From Octopus vulgaris (taxonomy: Eukaryota): a stretch of DNA of 64,000 nucleotides. The notes under the pieces were generated by a model that saw only the letters and a program-made list of their open reading frames with translations, had not been told where the DNA came from and made no database searches. This document shows, one piece after another, positions 43,691 to 58,394 of this stretch (position 1 is the first letter of the stretch; each line of letters starts with the position of its first letter). Made by a program: the position numbers and the translations under genes. The stretch is taken from contig OX597818.1 of assembly GCA_951406725.2 (NCBI GenBank), positions 67,332,001-67,396,000 of the forward strand, given 5' to 3'.

Positions 43691-44079
43691 CAATAAACGT
43701 TCTCTGGCTAAAATTCTTGAGTGCATGTCTTATCTCCTGGATTACTCTAGTCTATCTCTGATTACATATCTACATATCTCACTTGGATTAATCTCTTCTA
43801 TCTCTGAAATCATCAGACAGTCATTGATATGCTGTTACTGATATCATATGTAATAAAGACCTGTGTTTTATAGATTTGAAGTGCTGGCTTGACGATCAGT
43901 AACACCCAAATTGTATTCATGTATCGCATGACACGTTGCTTATTTGGGCAAATCACTGCAATTCACGTTGCAAGACTATTCTCAGTTGAATATTACTATC
44001 AACCGAATGTAAGCGCTGCTCTGCTTCTGCATAACTATCACATCATTACATCGTCGATAATCTACAGATCCTTTCTACA

Positions 44080-44457
44080 TTTCTACTACAGTACACGGCT
44101 TGAAATTTTGAGGGAGGGAGCCAGTCGATTAGATCTACCCTAGTACGCAACTGGTAATTAGTTTATCGACCTCGAAACGATGAAAGCAAAGTCGACCTCG
44201 GCGGAATTTCTGCTTAGAACATGTAGACAGACGAAATAACTATTTCTTTACTACCCACACGGCGCTAAACACAGAGGGAGCAAACAAGGACAGACAAACG
44301 GATTAAGCCGATTACATCGACCCCAGTGCGTAACTGGTACTTAATTTATCGACCCCGAAATGATGAAAAGCCAAGTCTACATCGGCGGAATTTGAACTCA
44401 GAACTTAACGACAGCATTTCGCCCGACATGATAATGATTCTTCCAACTTGCAGCCTT
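44080..44457 (-). mobile_element. SINE family A with two cores
   Basis: Matches 36947-37530. Confidence 0.88.
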
Positions 44458-45049
44458 CGATGATCTAGAGATCAACAGTGTAAGTGCCAAAGTGTGTCAG
44501 TGTCTTTTCGTAACTACATGAAAACTGAAAACAGTTTGCTAAAGCTTATTACATAGATGTTTGCTTCCGACAGCTATGGTGATATTGAAGAAGAAAATTG
44601 GCCAAGAAAAGTAATGCAAATGTGCTAATGGTATGGATTTGTATAAAATGGTTCATTCGTTGAACCAGAGACTGAAACGCGCAAACTTGCTTGGATAAAA
44701 ATAAAAATAAAAATCCCGTAGTAAATTGAAGACACACTTAAAGTACCTGGGCTTATTTCCTGAACTTCAAAATAAATTTTCAAGTTAGTAGGAAGAATAG
44801 TCTTCGAATGATGCAACGAGCAAACACTGGACGTATTTCACTCAAGTAAACATCACCAGCATTGAGTTGTCAAATGAAGTACGTAAACTTAGATATAGGA
44901 GGGGATTTTGTTTTTGTTTTGTGGGGGGCGGTGAGAACAACTTTCAAAAAACTGAGATATTAATGTGTTTCATTGCATATCCTAAAATTATCTTCAATTA
45001 TTTTTTCACGCTGAATGCATAGATCTCCTGCAAGCACGTTCTTATAATT

Positions 45050-45135
45050 GCGCTTTCAATTCCATTGAACTTCCGATTTCGATTCCAAGTAGTGGCCTCA
45101 ATAATAATAATAATAATGTTAATATTAGGAAGAAG

Positions 45136-45167
<32 letters not shown>

Positions 45168-45715
45168 GAAGAAGGAGGAGGAGGAGGAGGAGGAGAATAA
45201 TAAGAAGTAGAAGAAGAAGGAGAAGAAGAAGAAGAATAAGTAGAAGAAAAAGAAGAAGAAAAAGGAGGAGTAGGTGAAGAAGAAGGAAGAGGAGGGAGGA
45301 GGAGCATAAGAAGAAGAAGAAGGAGGATGGGATGGGAGGAGGAGTAGAAGAAGAAGAAGAAGGAGGAGGAGAAGAAGAAGAAGAAGAAGAAGAATGAGGA
45401 GGAGGAGGAGAAGGAGGAGGAGAAGAGGAAGAAGATGAAGAAGAAGAAGGAGGAGGAGGAGAAGGAGGAGGAGAAGAGGAAGAAGAAGAAGAAGGAGGAG
45501 ACGAAGAAGAAGAAGAAGAAGAAGAAGAAGAAGAAGAAGAAGAAGAAGAAGAAGAAGAAGAAGAAGAAGAAGAATATCGGAAAATACCTTAAGAATGAGA
45601 ACTTAGGTTCGAAATTTCCCCAAGACACCTGATGAAAGCTGGAGGTTATATCAGCCGAAACGTTGTGTTAACTACAAACAAGATGAGGACAAATATCCAT
45701 CAAATGTAAATAATA
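45050..45715 (+). mobile_element. SINE family D copy with an internal purine-repeat expansion and an intact-core hammerhead
   Basis: B-box-like gatttcgattcc, (AAT)n, (GAA/GAG)n 45128-45574, then a tail homologous to 13990-14100. Confidence 0.75.
45624..45669 (+). ncRNA. Minimal type I hammerhead ribozyme motif, canonical core
   Basis: gacac-CTGATGA-aa-gctg[gaggttatat]cagc-c-GAAA-cg-TT-gtgtt; palindromic ACGT stem III. Confidence 0.78.
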
Positions 45716-45764
45716 TGCTCTTAGATATTTGCATCACATCTGCATCTTTCGCTGAACCTAGCAT

Positions 45765-46140
45765 TTATTATTATTGGCTTTGCACGGCGTCTAACGCTGG
45801 AGATATACTACCGTGTGAGCTCCTCACTACTAGTGAACTAAATTAACCTCTCTCATTTTTTCGAGCACCTTACGGAGTATTCGAGCGGTTCCAAGCAGTG
45901 CTATTTTGTGCAAGAGCTCCAACCTTATCGCGTCGCCTATTTGTTCCACGTAATTCTTGAGATTTTAGCGCAGTGTTCCCAGGGCCCCGACAATTTTTAG
46001 TACTACTACTACCTTTTTCATTGACCACAACTGCTTAACCTCCCAAGTTAACCCGTCATATCTCTCGACTTTTCTTTCTTCCTTGTCGCATACTTTGTTG
46101 TCAGCTGGGTATGCTATATCTATGATCCAACATAGTTTGT
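45765..46140 (-). mobile_element. R4/Dong-like LINE 3' fragment ending in short (TAA)n
   Basis: Minus strand LCWIIDIAYPADNKVCDKEERKVERYDGLTWEVKQLWSMKKV..IVGALG...KIALLGTARILRKVLE. Confidence 0.88.
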
Positions 46141-46479
46141 TTTCTTTCTCAATTAAGCATATGTTTGGTTTCCTTATTATTCACTCCTTCGGTATACGAA
46201 GACCTGATACTCGATATGTAAAACAGACAATTGGTTTTGGATTTCTGAGTAACTTTTATAGCTGTTGCACTAAAACATATTGACATAGTTATGCAACACA
46301 CTAATTTGAGGGTTGTTTAATCTAGAGCGGTGGGCAGATGTGTGAACTCACATGTGTGTTACTAGTGATCTCGACTCATTTGATGACGAGCTAAATTCGT
46401 CGTCTATTGCGCAGAACAGAAAACATACGTTCTGTGGCTAATTCCCGAATAAATGAAACTCTACGACATGGAGAGACAT

Positions 46480-47560
46480 ACAATGAGTTGGAGTGCATCA
46501 TTGTTAATGGCAGTTAACTTTGATAAATAGATGTTAAAGGAGAGAGTATTAGAGCGAATATTGGTTGGGTTACAATGATTGCATCCGTCTCGACTGGGTG
46601 GCACTTTGTCTTGCTTCTAATTTAAAGTGAGAGATTAAAGTGTTTGGGGAATATAGAACGACTGGGGTGTAACGTTTCAGGATGATGAAAGAGACATTTG
46701 CATTGGAATTGGACATTTCAAGATAATCGGTTGTATGTAGCGGAAATGCTTTTGGGGTGGATGGGAATATATTTGGAGGCTATTAGGGAAGATTGTATAG
46801 CATAGATGTAGATGTAATGTGGTCAGTAAATGTAAATTCTTTATTTGCATTTTCAGAGGGATTGTTTAGAAAAACAGTAAAAGTTGACACAGCCCTGTTG
46901 ATGGAGGTTCATTGGTAAAGGGACCGATATAGTCCTGCTTCAGTTTTAGAGACGAAACAGCTTGAGAAGTTTGTAACCACTGAAATAATTTTTTACACCA
47001 CCATCAGTCTTATATCATGAGACACTTGCTAGCGGAAGGCCACCAGCTTTTTAGGAACGGCTGATATTCTCTACGAGTTGTAGGCCATATTCAATGCTTA
47101 AAATGACAGCACAGATAATATTAAACGGTTTAGGGTGTGGGACATGGAGATTTGCTTGGTGGAATGTGAATGAGCATGTATAAATATTTGTTTTCAGTAA
47201 TCCACCATGCTTTTTTGAGATAGCTAAGGAGTGGAGTTCCAGGATAGGCGGTAACAAAGTGAAAGGACACTATAATGTCGGTTGACTTCAATCAAGAGCC
47301 AAAATGACCGAGGGCACGGTACTGTGTAGCATATAATTATGCGTTAGGTATTGACCATAATTGTGGGGATCAAATAACCTGATAATTGCAGAGACAAAGT
47401 TTCCAAAAACCAACAACTCTGATATCTTCCTCTTTCTCAAGGTCTGGAATAGTTTCAAGTGCGTAGCAGCACCGCCGTAGACGAACAAGCATAATCCACA
47501 GTAGGACTATCATGTAACTTGTATACAACTACCAGATAGAAGCTGCCGATATATATTCAG
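46480..47560 (-). mobile_element. Very old CR1/Jockey-group LINE remnants
   Basis: Minus-strand pieces IILKRYTP, NPTNIR, VYK..SPTVDYAC / YGGAATHLKL resemble CR1-type NPxNYRPI and YK..RPxMEYC..W.G motifs. Confidence 0.4.
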
Positions 47561-48382
47561 ATTTATAGAGAAAACTTGGTCCGTAATGTAGTTTCGTATG
47601 TGATAATGAGAATCTTAGTATATTATTGGTTAACTTTTCTTTGCATCTTATTATAAGTATGGTTAAATACCAGTCGTGTGCTGGTGGTGTTTAAATTTAT
47701 ATACTCCTGTTCGAATAGGCAGTATATTGCATGTGAATGAAACCAATATTTTATCCTACATAAGTTCACGTTACAATATGGAAGGCCTGCAAGAATGTTT
47801 CTTTTTTTTTTTAGATACTCTTATGATAGTCTTTGAGAGGATTTTAATTTAAACGAATCACTGAAGAAAATAAAAGTACAAATGATAGAAGTCAACTTAG
47901 TAAAGCTTCTATAACGATAATATATTACTAGATCAGCAGTTATCCTGTCGGTCATAGCTATATCACAAGTATAATGATCGGAAAATATTTTATGTTGTCA
48001 ATGCATCATTTTAATTTGAACGTCATTTCTGTTGAACCGTGAGAAGATTACATAAATTAGAAGCCCTCTATTTGAAGCCTCGTCTCTTATTGACGCAATA
48101 GTGCAGAATTATCACATAAGGCTGGGTGGCAACATACTTTGAATGCAGATCAAACATATATAAATTAAAGGAATAAATGAATTATAATATATTCCGAGCA
48201 ATAAAATTTGTCTTATAGGCAATAAATCAAACCATGAGAAGTTTCCTCGTTCCTTATGCTAAAGTTACGTTTCCCTTGCTGATAGTTCTCTGCGCATGTA
48301 GAGCGAGCATTTTAAAATAAGCAATCAGAAAATATTGTTCAATAATTATTTTCATTAATTATTTCTTAAATCATTCATCATT

Positions 48383-48449
<67 letters not shown>

Positions 48450-48620
48450 GTCTATATGTCCATTCATTTATCTATCTACATGTCTGTCTGTCTGTCTATC
48501 TATATATTTATCTATCTCTATCTGTCTGTCTATCCATTCATTAATCTATCTACCCGTATGTCATTCTATCTAACTGTATGTCCCTTTATCTACCTCTCTG
48601 TCTATCTATCTACCTGTCTG

Positions 48621-48691
<71 letters not shown>

Positions 48692-48738
48692 ATCTATCTA
48701 TCTATCTTTATATCTCTCTCTCTGTCTATCTATCTATA

Positions 48739-48797
<59 letters not shown>

Positions 48798-48830
48798 TTA
48801 TCTATCAACCTGCCTACATATCTATTCATC
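48383..48830. repeat. (ATCT)n microsatellite, long and degenerate
   Basis: Direct reading. Confidence 0.95.
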
Positions 48831-49237
48831 TATGTTAGAATGTGCTTGATTATATGGATATGTATTTCAATATCTATAAGCAAATACTTTCCTGCGCAAG
48901 GTGTTCAATTTACCATCATATTGATTGGGTTCATTTCTTTAACAGGACTTTAAGATCTTGAGCAAGGTACTCACCCCAAAATTATTATCAGCCGAGTACA
49001 AAGGCAACTCTCTCTCTCTCTCTCTCTCTCTGCTTCTCCCTCTTGGTTAAATTGGTTAAATCGCTAACCAATTGACGTATAACAATAAATAGTTTAACTG
49101 AATCAGCGAATGTGTTTAATACTGGTGTAATTACCTGCCTGGGCGACAACAAAACATATTTCAAGAAGAGTTGACATCAAGAAACTTGCATAGAAAATCT
49201 AAACGCGCTCACACGTAACACACACGTATATATATTC

Positions 49238-49281
<44 letters not shown>

Positions 49282-49341
49282 CTATAACGTATATACATAT
49301 AGACGTATATACATATCTGCGCGTGTATGAGTGTTTATATA

Positions 49342-49400
<59 letters not shown>

Positions 49401-50004
49401 GTATACACATACACACACACACGTATATATATATTCAGAGAGATCAGTACCAATAAAGCTATACTTTGTACAATAAATATACAGTGGATTACGCTCATAA
49501 CAATAATGTCATAGGATTTTTGTTGATAATGAAAGCAATAAACTTAACAGACGTCGGTACTTTGATTCTACTTATTTCTCATATAAGAAGTAATTAAAAT
49601 GAATGATGGCATAATTAGTATTTTCTCCGCCGAAATAAAACGAGAGTAAAGAACGAGAGTTCTGATGAAGTTTGAATTCAGAAACCAAATTAGATAAATC
49701 ATTTATTGTATATCAATAGATTCACTTTGTTTTGTTTTAACAGTTTTATAGTTCGTTGTTTTCTTGTCTGAGTTTGCCACAAATACTCTTAGTTTGCACC
49801 GTATTTTATTCGCATCCACTTCCGCAAATTTTCTGTTGAAATACTCAGCATATTCTTCATCTATTTTGAAAATAAGGAATTTAATCGAACCATTCGTTGT
49901 TACTCTGCTGTTAAGAACGTAAATTACGTCACTATTCCGATGGAATCTATTAATTTAGATTATTTTAAAACTAGAATGCTGTATAAGAGAATCAGGAGTG
50001 GGAG

Positions 50005-50080
50005 CAAGCAGATTGGTATCAAAAGGTACCCACATCATTCCCCAGATTCTTCCACATGTAATAATTGCATATTTAACCCT
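50005..50080 (+). mobile_element. Possible mariner remnant
   Basis: GIKRYPHHSPDSSTCNNCIF resembles GIK..PHPPYSPDLAPCDFxLF. Confidence 0.4.
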
Positions 50081-51678
50081 AACCCAAACTACAATTTAAC
50101 GCTGTGTCGTTTCTTGTTTCCTAAGACATCATGTTTTTGTTTGAGGGGGATAAACTGCTTTTTCTAGAGAAAAGGCCATGCAGAGTCTACTCGTTGATTG
50201 ATGCAATCGCTAAGTCGTAATTGTTCATTTTTTTCAGGAGTAGTGATAATTCCATCGAATATAAATCCGACAAAATTTAAATCTGACTTCGCATTTAAAT
50301 CCGACAAGAAATAAATGTACTATGAAGTTGAGTTTACTCATAAACTGAGAGAGGTTAATACTAAAATCTGTTGGTACTAGCGGAGAATCTTGCCTTTCAC
50401 AATATACAGACATTTTTTATGGTACCAGCAGATAAACTGGAAAAGCTGACACCCCGGAGGAAAGCGAGATTAAAGCTCCGGGAAAGCCAGTCTGACTCGT
50501 GGGGATCGTACATGCGGAAAGCAAACTTTGCCCCGATAACGGGAAGCTGAGGGGGGGGGGAGAAATGACTGTCAAAGCATCGAATGTTCCCTCACAGGTT
50601 TATGGTTGAGCTTTTGGCAGTGGAGACCTCCAGCGTTCTTGCTTATGTTAGCTCACGAGGTATAAACAGTAGAAGATCTGTGGTTGCTAAAAGCCACCCA
50701 CATACACATCCATTATTTTACAGGAGGCATCTGAGTGGTAAGAAGAGCGATCTTTCTGATTTAGTCTGATCTCAGAATTCCTTTTAAAGAAAAGACACAG
50801 CACGTAACTTTCTTCGATTATAAAATTCTCATTAGAAAATCCATATCGTTTGTGTGACTGCATATAATGTGAAGCGACTGAAACACATAAGAACACGCTG
50901 GATGAAGTAATAATGGAAGCACAATTGCATTATATATAACTATCTCTAAGTTCACAATTGAAACGCTTTAAATCACACCACTGTTTAATCTGTGGTGATT
51001 TAGAATATTTCTTATTTTAGTATATTTTGGGCTTTCATTTTTCCAAATGCACGAAGTACTTTATATAAAAGAATATTTGGCAAATCGAATGAAATGCATT
51101 AATTCATTGCCTCTCTCGTTATAGTAGTTTGTATGCAAAATGAAATATAGTTTGTGAGATTTTAAGTCGTGATCTTATGGGACGTAACATAATAAGATAA
51201 ATTATCTTGTTTGTTTCTCCCCGTCTTTGTTCAAACATTGATCTTCATATCAAACATGAGACAAGGTCTCACTCGGTCGGTGAGGGAGTAGTCGATTACA
51301 ACAAAGCCGAGACGGAATCTTCACTCAGAATATAGTTCTGTGAAATACATTCCCACAATGGTGTATCTTTGTAGCACTAACAATATCGCTGCCAAACCGC
51401 TTTCCATTTTAAGTCTGATTATTCTCTACATATTACTGTCCGGCGATTTCAATTCTTTAATTATGATCATTTCATATTATGGAGATAGAAACAGGAGATT
51501 GTGTAGGATTGTGCTGGAACAAATGGAAACTTTAAGCAAGATTGTAAATAGAGCTATTTAATATATTACGTTACGTTAGTAATTCTGTCTATAATCTTGC
51601 TTGTCATTAGTAAGAAGATAACGTAAGCAAATCAATTTAGGATAGAAGTAATTTTATAGAGAGATATTGATGCTGAGC

Positions 51679-51716
<38 letters not shown>

Positions 51717-51895
51717 TAGATAATTCGATAGATAGATACATACATAGCTACATATAGCTTTTGTAGAGAAATACAAAATTATAAGGATCTATAATATTTA
51801 ATCATTCTTCAATAGCGTTTATTAGATTTAAAAATTGTTCTGCAAGTTAAACTAACGCCTACCTCTTACAAATCTTGGTGTCGTATTGGTAATAT

Positions 51896-52100
51896 TTATT
51901 GCATTATAATGGTTCTGGTATCGTGTTTTACGCCAATCACGTCGTGACTTTCCCACTTCCACCCAATTTTACTCTTTATTTTGTCTCTATGTGATGAGAT
52001 GAGACCTTTAGTTAGCGAAATTTTCCTTTTTTTTAGGTATTGCAAACTTCCTTTTGGCTGCTCCTGTACGACGAGGGATCTGCAGTGGTTTTGATACATC
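51896..52100 (-). mobile_element. Possible RTE-clade LINE remnant (similar weak pieces at 42000-42150 and 52700-52900)
   Basis: KISL...KIKSKIGWKWESH resembles the RTE ISL.D.I...I...KWKWAGH motif. Confidence 0.3.
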
Positions 52101-52306
52101 GATCGAAATAATTGCACTAATTGTCGTATGATCTTTCATTCTGGCACTAGTCGTAGTAAGCGCTACTACCTCTCATTCTCACCTTTTTATTTACGTTTTG
52201 TATATTCTCGTTCTTTTCTGCACAACAGGCTCAGATGTTACACGTGTGGTCGTAAAGACCAATAGTGACCTTCCTTTCTAAGCTTTCACGTAATTTCTGT
52301 GTCTAC

Positions 52307-52645
52307 TAAGGCAACGAGGTGGCTGAAACGTTACCACGTCGGCCGAAATTCTTAGCACTATTTACTCTGTCTTTACGTTCTGAGTTCAAATTTCGCCGAG
52401 GACAACTTTCCCTTTCATCTTTCAGGGTTGATAAATTAATTACCAGTTACGCACTGGGGTCGATAGGTCGACTTAATCCCTTTGTCTGTCCTTGTTCGTG
52501 CCCTCTATCTGTAGCTCCTTGTGGGCAATAAAGAAATAAGAAACATTAGCACGTCAGGCGAAATGCTTAAGTAACAGTTGCGTACTGGAGTCGATCTAAT
52601 GAACTGGGCCACCCACTCTAAATATTTCAGGCCTACAGTAGAAAA
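52307..52645 (+). mobile_element. SINE family A copy
   Basis: gttctgagttcaaattt; taccagttacgcactggggtcga. Confidence 0.85.
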
Positions 52646-53987
52646 TATTTTCCCTGTCTAGTATTTCATTTAGCTTCATCGCCTATATAGCTTTTGGTCA
52701 ACGTGGAAATGCGTGCCCCTGACTTCATGGACACAACGCAAGATCGTATTATCAGTGTCGCTTTCCTCATAGACCACAGAACCGTAGATATACAAAGGTG
52801 ACAGCATGCCAAGGTTTACAACTATGCAGTTATCTTCGATCGTTATATTCTTGAGATTATATACAGTGTCATAACAGTGTGTGTAATATTGTGGAGTATA
52901 AATTTCTTCTCCTCTCCTGCATCTGTTTCTCAGATTTAAAGGCCATAGAAATTCTCCCAGACGCTTCATACAAGTTGACTGAACACATGACCTACTTCCC
53001 AATAATTCCACAGACTCATCGATGGTAGCACATGGGAGACAACTTTCATAAGCATGTTTAGCTATCTTTCTCCTGGAAGACGAATAACTCTGTTAATGTT
53101 CAATAAATCATAACTTTCTATGACAATTTTTTTCTTATTTAAAAAAGATTAGTAGCGTTTGCAAAATATATATGATTGTTTTTGGTGGTGTGGATATTTC
53201 AGTTACTGGTCATAATTTTACATTGCCATTTCCTGCTCTTTTCTGTTTGGGGTTGTTGCATTCTACTACCATAAACATTCTTCTTATAACTTAGTACTTT
53301 GCACGTTTGATATTTCTAGTGTTGAGAGATATTTTAAATCATAAATCCACGCATGCTAATAGCAAAGATCTTTTTTTTATTATTTTAGTTTCAAAATATG
53401 ACTACATCCATCAGTACTTAAATTATTAATGCTCTTTGTGTCTGGTAACCATACCAATTTCCCATATTTTTACGCAGCAATAATATTAATGTTTCACATA
53501 GAAGTAACTTGCATTTTATTTTCGATTGTAACGATATCACGAAGAAGAGAATTACGTAATTGATAGGAACCAAAATCTCACAAAGAAATTGTCACAGCAA
53601 CATTTCTATAAATGATCTGCTTTAGGCAATATTATTCCGCAAAACCTCTCCCGAGCGTTTTGAAATTCCAACAACGAACAGAAGATTTCATGAACCAATG
53701 CTAGAAGGAAGAAACCTGCCTGGAAGTAGATAAGAGCATGATCACAATGTATTAATTGTAAAGAAACACAAGTACCTCCATTAGGAAATATCGCAAATTC
53801 AATACATATTTAATTAAACCCTGTATCGTTTCTACTGAAATCAGCAATTAGAAATTTTCGACACCTGGCTATCATAAATGTAAACTTATGTCTAAAGAAA
53901 AATTAAATACAGTTCTGCGTATATTCCATCGACAGAATTCTACAACATGCATTTTGAGGCAAAATGAATATATGCGTATGTGCGCGC

Positions 53988-54024
<37 letters not shown>

Positions 54025-54685
54025 TGTGTGTGTGTGAGTGTGTGTCTGTGTGTGTGTGCCTGTGTAAATATATAATTACAAACAAGAAGACTGCAGTGAG
54101 CAACTCCTACCTTTATAACAAATTAAATGTATTCTCTTTTTAAAATTTGATCTCATGAATATTTCTCACAACAATTTATTCATAGAGTATGGAACTCAAC
54201 TCATCAGAATTATGTATACAATTCATTTGCTGTTGATTCATATCATATCGATAATTTTCATCGCTATTAAGCTGGATACATTTTCTTTCATAACTTATAG
54301 GCTTTCTATCATAACGTATAGGCTTGTTAATCGATGAAATCCCAAAAATGTTCTATGTCAATTTTCTTCAATATGATTCCCTTTCCTCTTACGGTTTTTT
54401 CTATTCCATCAGGAGGTAAATAAGGGATTTCATATTTGAACAGCAGTTTTACTACACTGAAGTCCTATAGCACGGCACATAAACATATTGAATCTGATTA
54501 GTGTCATTATGGAGGTTTCAAATCAGTTATAACAGTGGTCAGCTGTCGCACGAACGCATATGCTTAAACACACAGACGCTATAGATATGAAGATGGCAGA
54601 GGCACTTCGATGATAGTAATGCACTATATAGTATGTCTTCGTTACTAGTGATATAAACGTAAATGGATATATTTTTATGTAGATG

Positions 54686-54830
54686 CAGGCGTAGCTGTGT
54701 GGTTAGAAGAATGTTTCCCAAATACACAGTTCTGAGTTCAGTTTTATTGCGAGGCATGTTGGGCAAGCTAGATTCGTGTCGACCAGATCATTGTTATAGA
54801 GGTAGCGAAAGAAGCTCGTCGTATACATGG
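54686..54830 (+). mobile_element. SINE family B head, degenerate
   Basis: caggcgtagctgtgtggtt...gttcagt...ttgggcaag. Confidence 0.6.
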
Positions 54831-55214
54831 ATGAGTGCATTTGTGCCTGTAGTCTTGCGTGCATGAGTTCGTTTGTTCCTGCGTGGGTAACAACCTGCGT
54901 AACTACCTGCGTGCGTGCGTGAAAGCTTGCGCGTGTGCGGGAGTACACGTGCGAGTGTGTCCGCGAATGCGTTAATGTGTGTGTGTGCGTGTGCGCACGT
55001 TTGTGCTGATCGTTCTGTGTTAGTTCACTACCATTGCTTTTCGCCTCTGTAAACTTGTGGCTGAGAAAAGAGTGTAAGTGCTGTCGTTGTCACGTTCGAC
55101 TAAAATGCTTCGAGATGCTGTCACATTGTAACTACTGAAACGAGTAAATTATAAATATACACACACACACACACACACATGTCTGTATGTGCATATACGC
55201 ACATACACACACGC

Positions 55215-55245
<31 letters not shown>

Positions 55246-55262
55246 TATGTATATATAACTCA

Positions 55263-55322
<60 letters not shown>

Positions 55323-55560
55323 ACATTCTATGAGAGTTTGGAGTGGTGAATCCAAGCAACTAATGGATAATATCTATCCAATATACTACAGAATGTCTAT
55401 CGAATATACTTGCATGGCAATTACACTATAGAATGTAATAAATGGGTGAGGGCAAAAATTTGGTTTACCCTTAATATATACGTAAATAAGAAAATGGAGG
55501 GGAACAATAGTTGGTATTTATCAACTTTTAGGCATTATATATATTTATATATCTGCGCGC

Positions 55561-55604
<44 letters not shown>

Positions 55605-55901
55605 CCCTAAATTGTTGTTTATCTTATCGGTTGTCTATTAACCAAACCATAAAAAATTCATGGCCTTTCAAAACAATAGACGACCAATTAGATTACGGGA
55701 CTGACCATAACTCGCTCTCCACTTCACGCAGGATTTCAGCTACACGATAAGCAAAGAGTAACGGAAAATAATAAAGTATCATGACTAATACCCGGAAATT
55801 TATTAGTTCCAACTAATATCACAGGTATTTATATAAATTCTTACCCACTTGTTGTGGACCGTTACCCCAAGCCAAAATAGAAAACACATAACATGTTTAT
55901 A

Positions 55902-55954
<53 letters not shown>

Positions 55955-56406
55955 TTTGTATAATTATCATATAAAAAGAAAAATACGAACTACTACAGTA
56001 ATCCTCACTTCTCGACCTACGGGTATTTTTTACATAAACATATATATGCGTGTGTGTGCGCGTATATATACGTGTGTGTATATACGTGTATGTATATGTT
56101 TGTATGTATTTCTCATACGCACATTTACACATTTTCGTTCCTACATAACTACAATAATCTTAATTTCCACTTTTATTTCTCTTTTGATAATTGTTCTTTC
56201 CTCTGTGTATACTTTATCTAATAAGAATAATATAATACACTTAATATTTATAACCATAATTGATTATTTTGTATGCATATACATATCAATGTATAGATAT
56301 GTATTTATATATATATATATATATCTATATAAATGTATGTATATGTAAAAGTGTGTATATATGTAAGTATTTATATTTATAAATTAACCTTTTGTACTTT
56401 TTAACC

Positions 56407-56518
56407 TCTCTGACAAAGCCCAGAGGCACATCCAAGTACCTCAATCTTATCTTCAGTTCGCCGGAGGGATGGAATTAAAGTGGCGTACTATGGCCTCTTG
56501 GCTGAAACAGCTGTAAGA
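56407..56518 (+). ncRNA. Hammerhead-like motif (family G-like) with long stem II, G8>A
   Basis: tct-CTGACAA-agcc.agaggc[65 nt]gcctct.ggct-GAAA-cagctg-TA-aga; same stem I/III as 25367-25424. Confidence 0.65.
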
Positions 56519-56924
56519 TACTATTGTACCTTCTATGCTTGACGTTATATATTTTAATAATTACTGTTATCTTTTTGGTATATATTTTATATATTATACG
56601 TAAAGCATAATATGTTATACATGTATGTATATTGTTTCTGAGCCACTCTCCAAATACGTGTGTTGCAAATGACCACACATATAGGTCATGCACACATATT
56701 TATAATTGCTTGTTTTTGTATATACAGTCTTATTCATTCAGTTGTATGAAAGATTCAATGAAAATGGTTCTTTTATATACAACGCAGTTTTTTCTGGGCA
56801 CTCAACCAGTTTACATTATTGAATGTAAAATGCATTTACCCACCAAACTCCACGTTTCTGATTGAGACTCGGGTACATCCTGGATACATTAAACGAAAGC
56901 GAATAAGCAACAAGACTGCTTGCT

Positions 56925-57140
56925 TCTACATTAGACACGAGCGCTGGAATTTAGTGGGGAGGAAGTATGACAATTAAATGGACAACAGAACCCAACTGGT
57001 GCTTAATTTATCGAACTCGAAGTGCTAAATGGCTGAGTCGACTTCAGCAGCATTTGAACCTATTATCTAAACAGTCAAAAGAGATGCTACTCACTGTGCT
57101 TTCTGATGAAGCAGCGATGCTGCGAATCACATGCCTTAAA
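56925..57140 (-). mobile_element. SINE family A degenerate copy
   Basis: caactggtgcttaatttatcga...gtcgacttcagcagcatttgaac. Confidence 0.65.
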
Positions 57141-57250
57141 CAGAAAGTTAATCTGAATGGCTTTTGCCAACCAAAAGTGTAAAAAAACTGCTAGAAATAC
57201 CGCGAATTATTTTTGACAACGCTCCAAAGATTCTTTCAATGCACCGCCCA

Positions 57251-57427
<177 letters not shown>

Positions 57428-58158
57428 TTCTTTTATTTGCATGCAAGGTGACGAATGAGGGGTGCATATAGTAATACCAACAATAACAAAAATAATAATT
57501 GTAATAGTAATAATTCGTTGATGATGATATTAATGGTGATGATACGCATTATATTTTCCTCTCTTTTCACAGAATAGCGAAGCTGTTGTTTGTCTGCTTG
57601 TTATGAACAAATGCAGTTATCATTGAGAAGTTATAGTAATTCTATTTTTATTTCTTCACCTCGAAGCACCACAATTTCGCATGTCAAAAACATATGCAGT
57701 TAACACGAGAGTTGCTCATATACGAAATAGAAAAAAAAAACGAGAGAAATTAGTATATTGGCCAACGGTAACAATTGAAATATCCCCTCAGCCTTTCACA
57801 CAATCTAACCTCATTGCTACCTTTAGCCTCATCTTCCTCCGAGGACCGCACTGAAAAAGAAAAGAAAGAAAAAAAGCGACAAGGAAGACTATATGATTAA
57901 TAACAGCCATACATATAAACACACGCGCCCCACGAAAATAAATAAAAAAGGAGTAATAAAAGAAACTTAAAGAAATATAATAAAATGAAACCGAATGAAT
58001 TGACAAATAATAACAAAAAGTAAATGGATATGGAAAGGCAAATGTGAATAAAAACTATCCCAAATATATTTCCTGTTTTTAGGTCGGAAAAGGTTCTCCT
58101 GCTTTGTGATTCTAACAACCATTTATATCAAATTTACTCACCCTTTCATCATGTGAAC

Positions 58159-58190
<32 letters not shown>

Positions 58191-58221
58191 CTGTATATAT
58201 GCATGTATGTGTGTATGTATG

Positions 58222-58289
<68 letters not shown>

Positions 58290-58358
58290 TGTGTATCTGT
58301 ATATGTATGTATATATATATGCATGTATACACACATACATGTATATATACATAGACAC

Positions 58359-58394
<36 letters not shown>

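Noticed and set aside
49658-49696. CTGATGA...GAAA spacing
   Set aside because: No flanking stem II or stem I pairing
55320-55800. Three-stem fold at 55323-55396 and GAAA-tttat-TA-gttcc at 55795, next to TA tracts
   Set aside because: Probably PLE-end debris, but no recognisable core, so not counted as ribozymes
57099-57135. CTGATGA-a-gcagc[gat]gctgc-GAAT, hammerhead-like
   Set aside because: No stem I or III partner, GAAA is broken, and it lies in a decayed SINE A head
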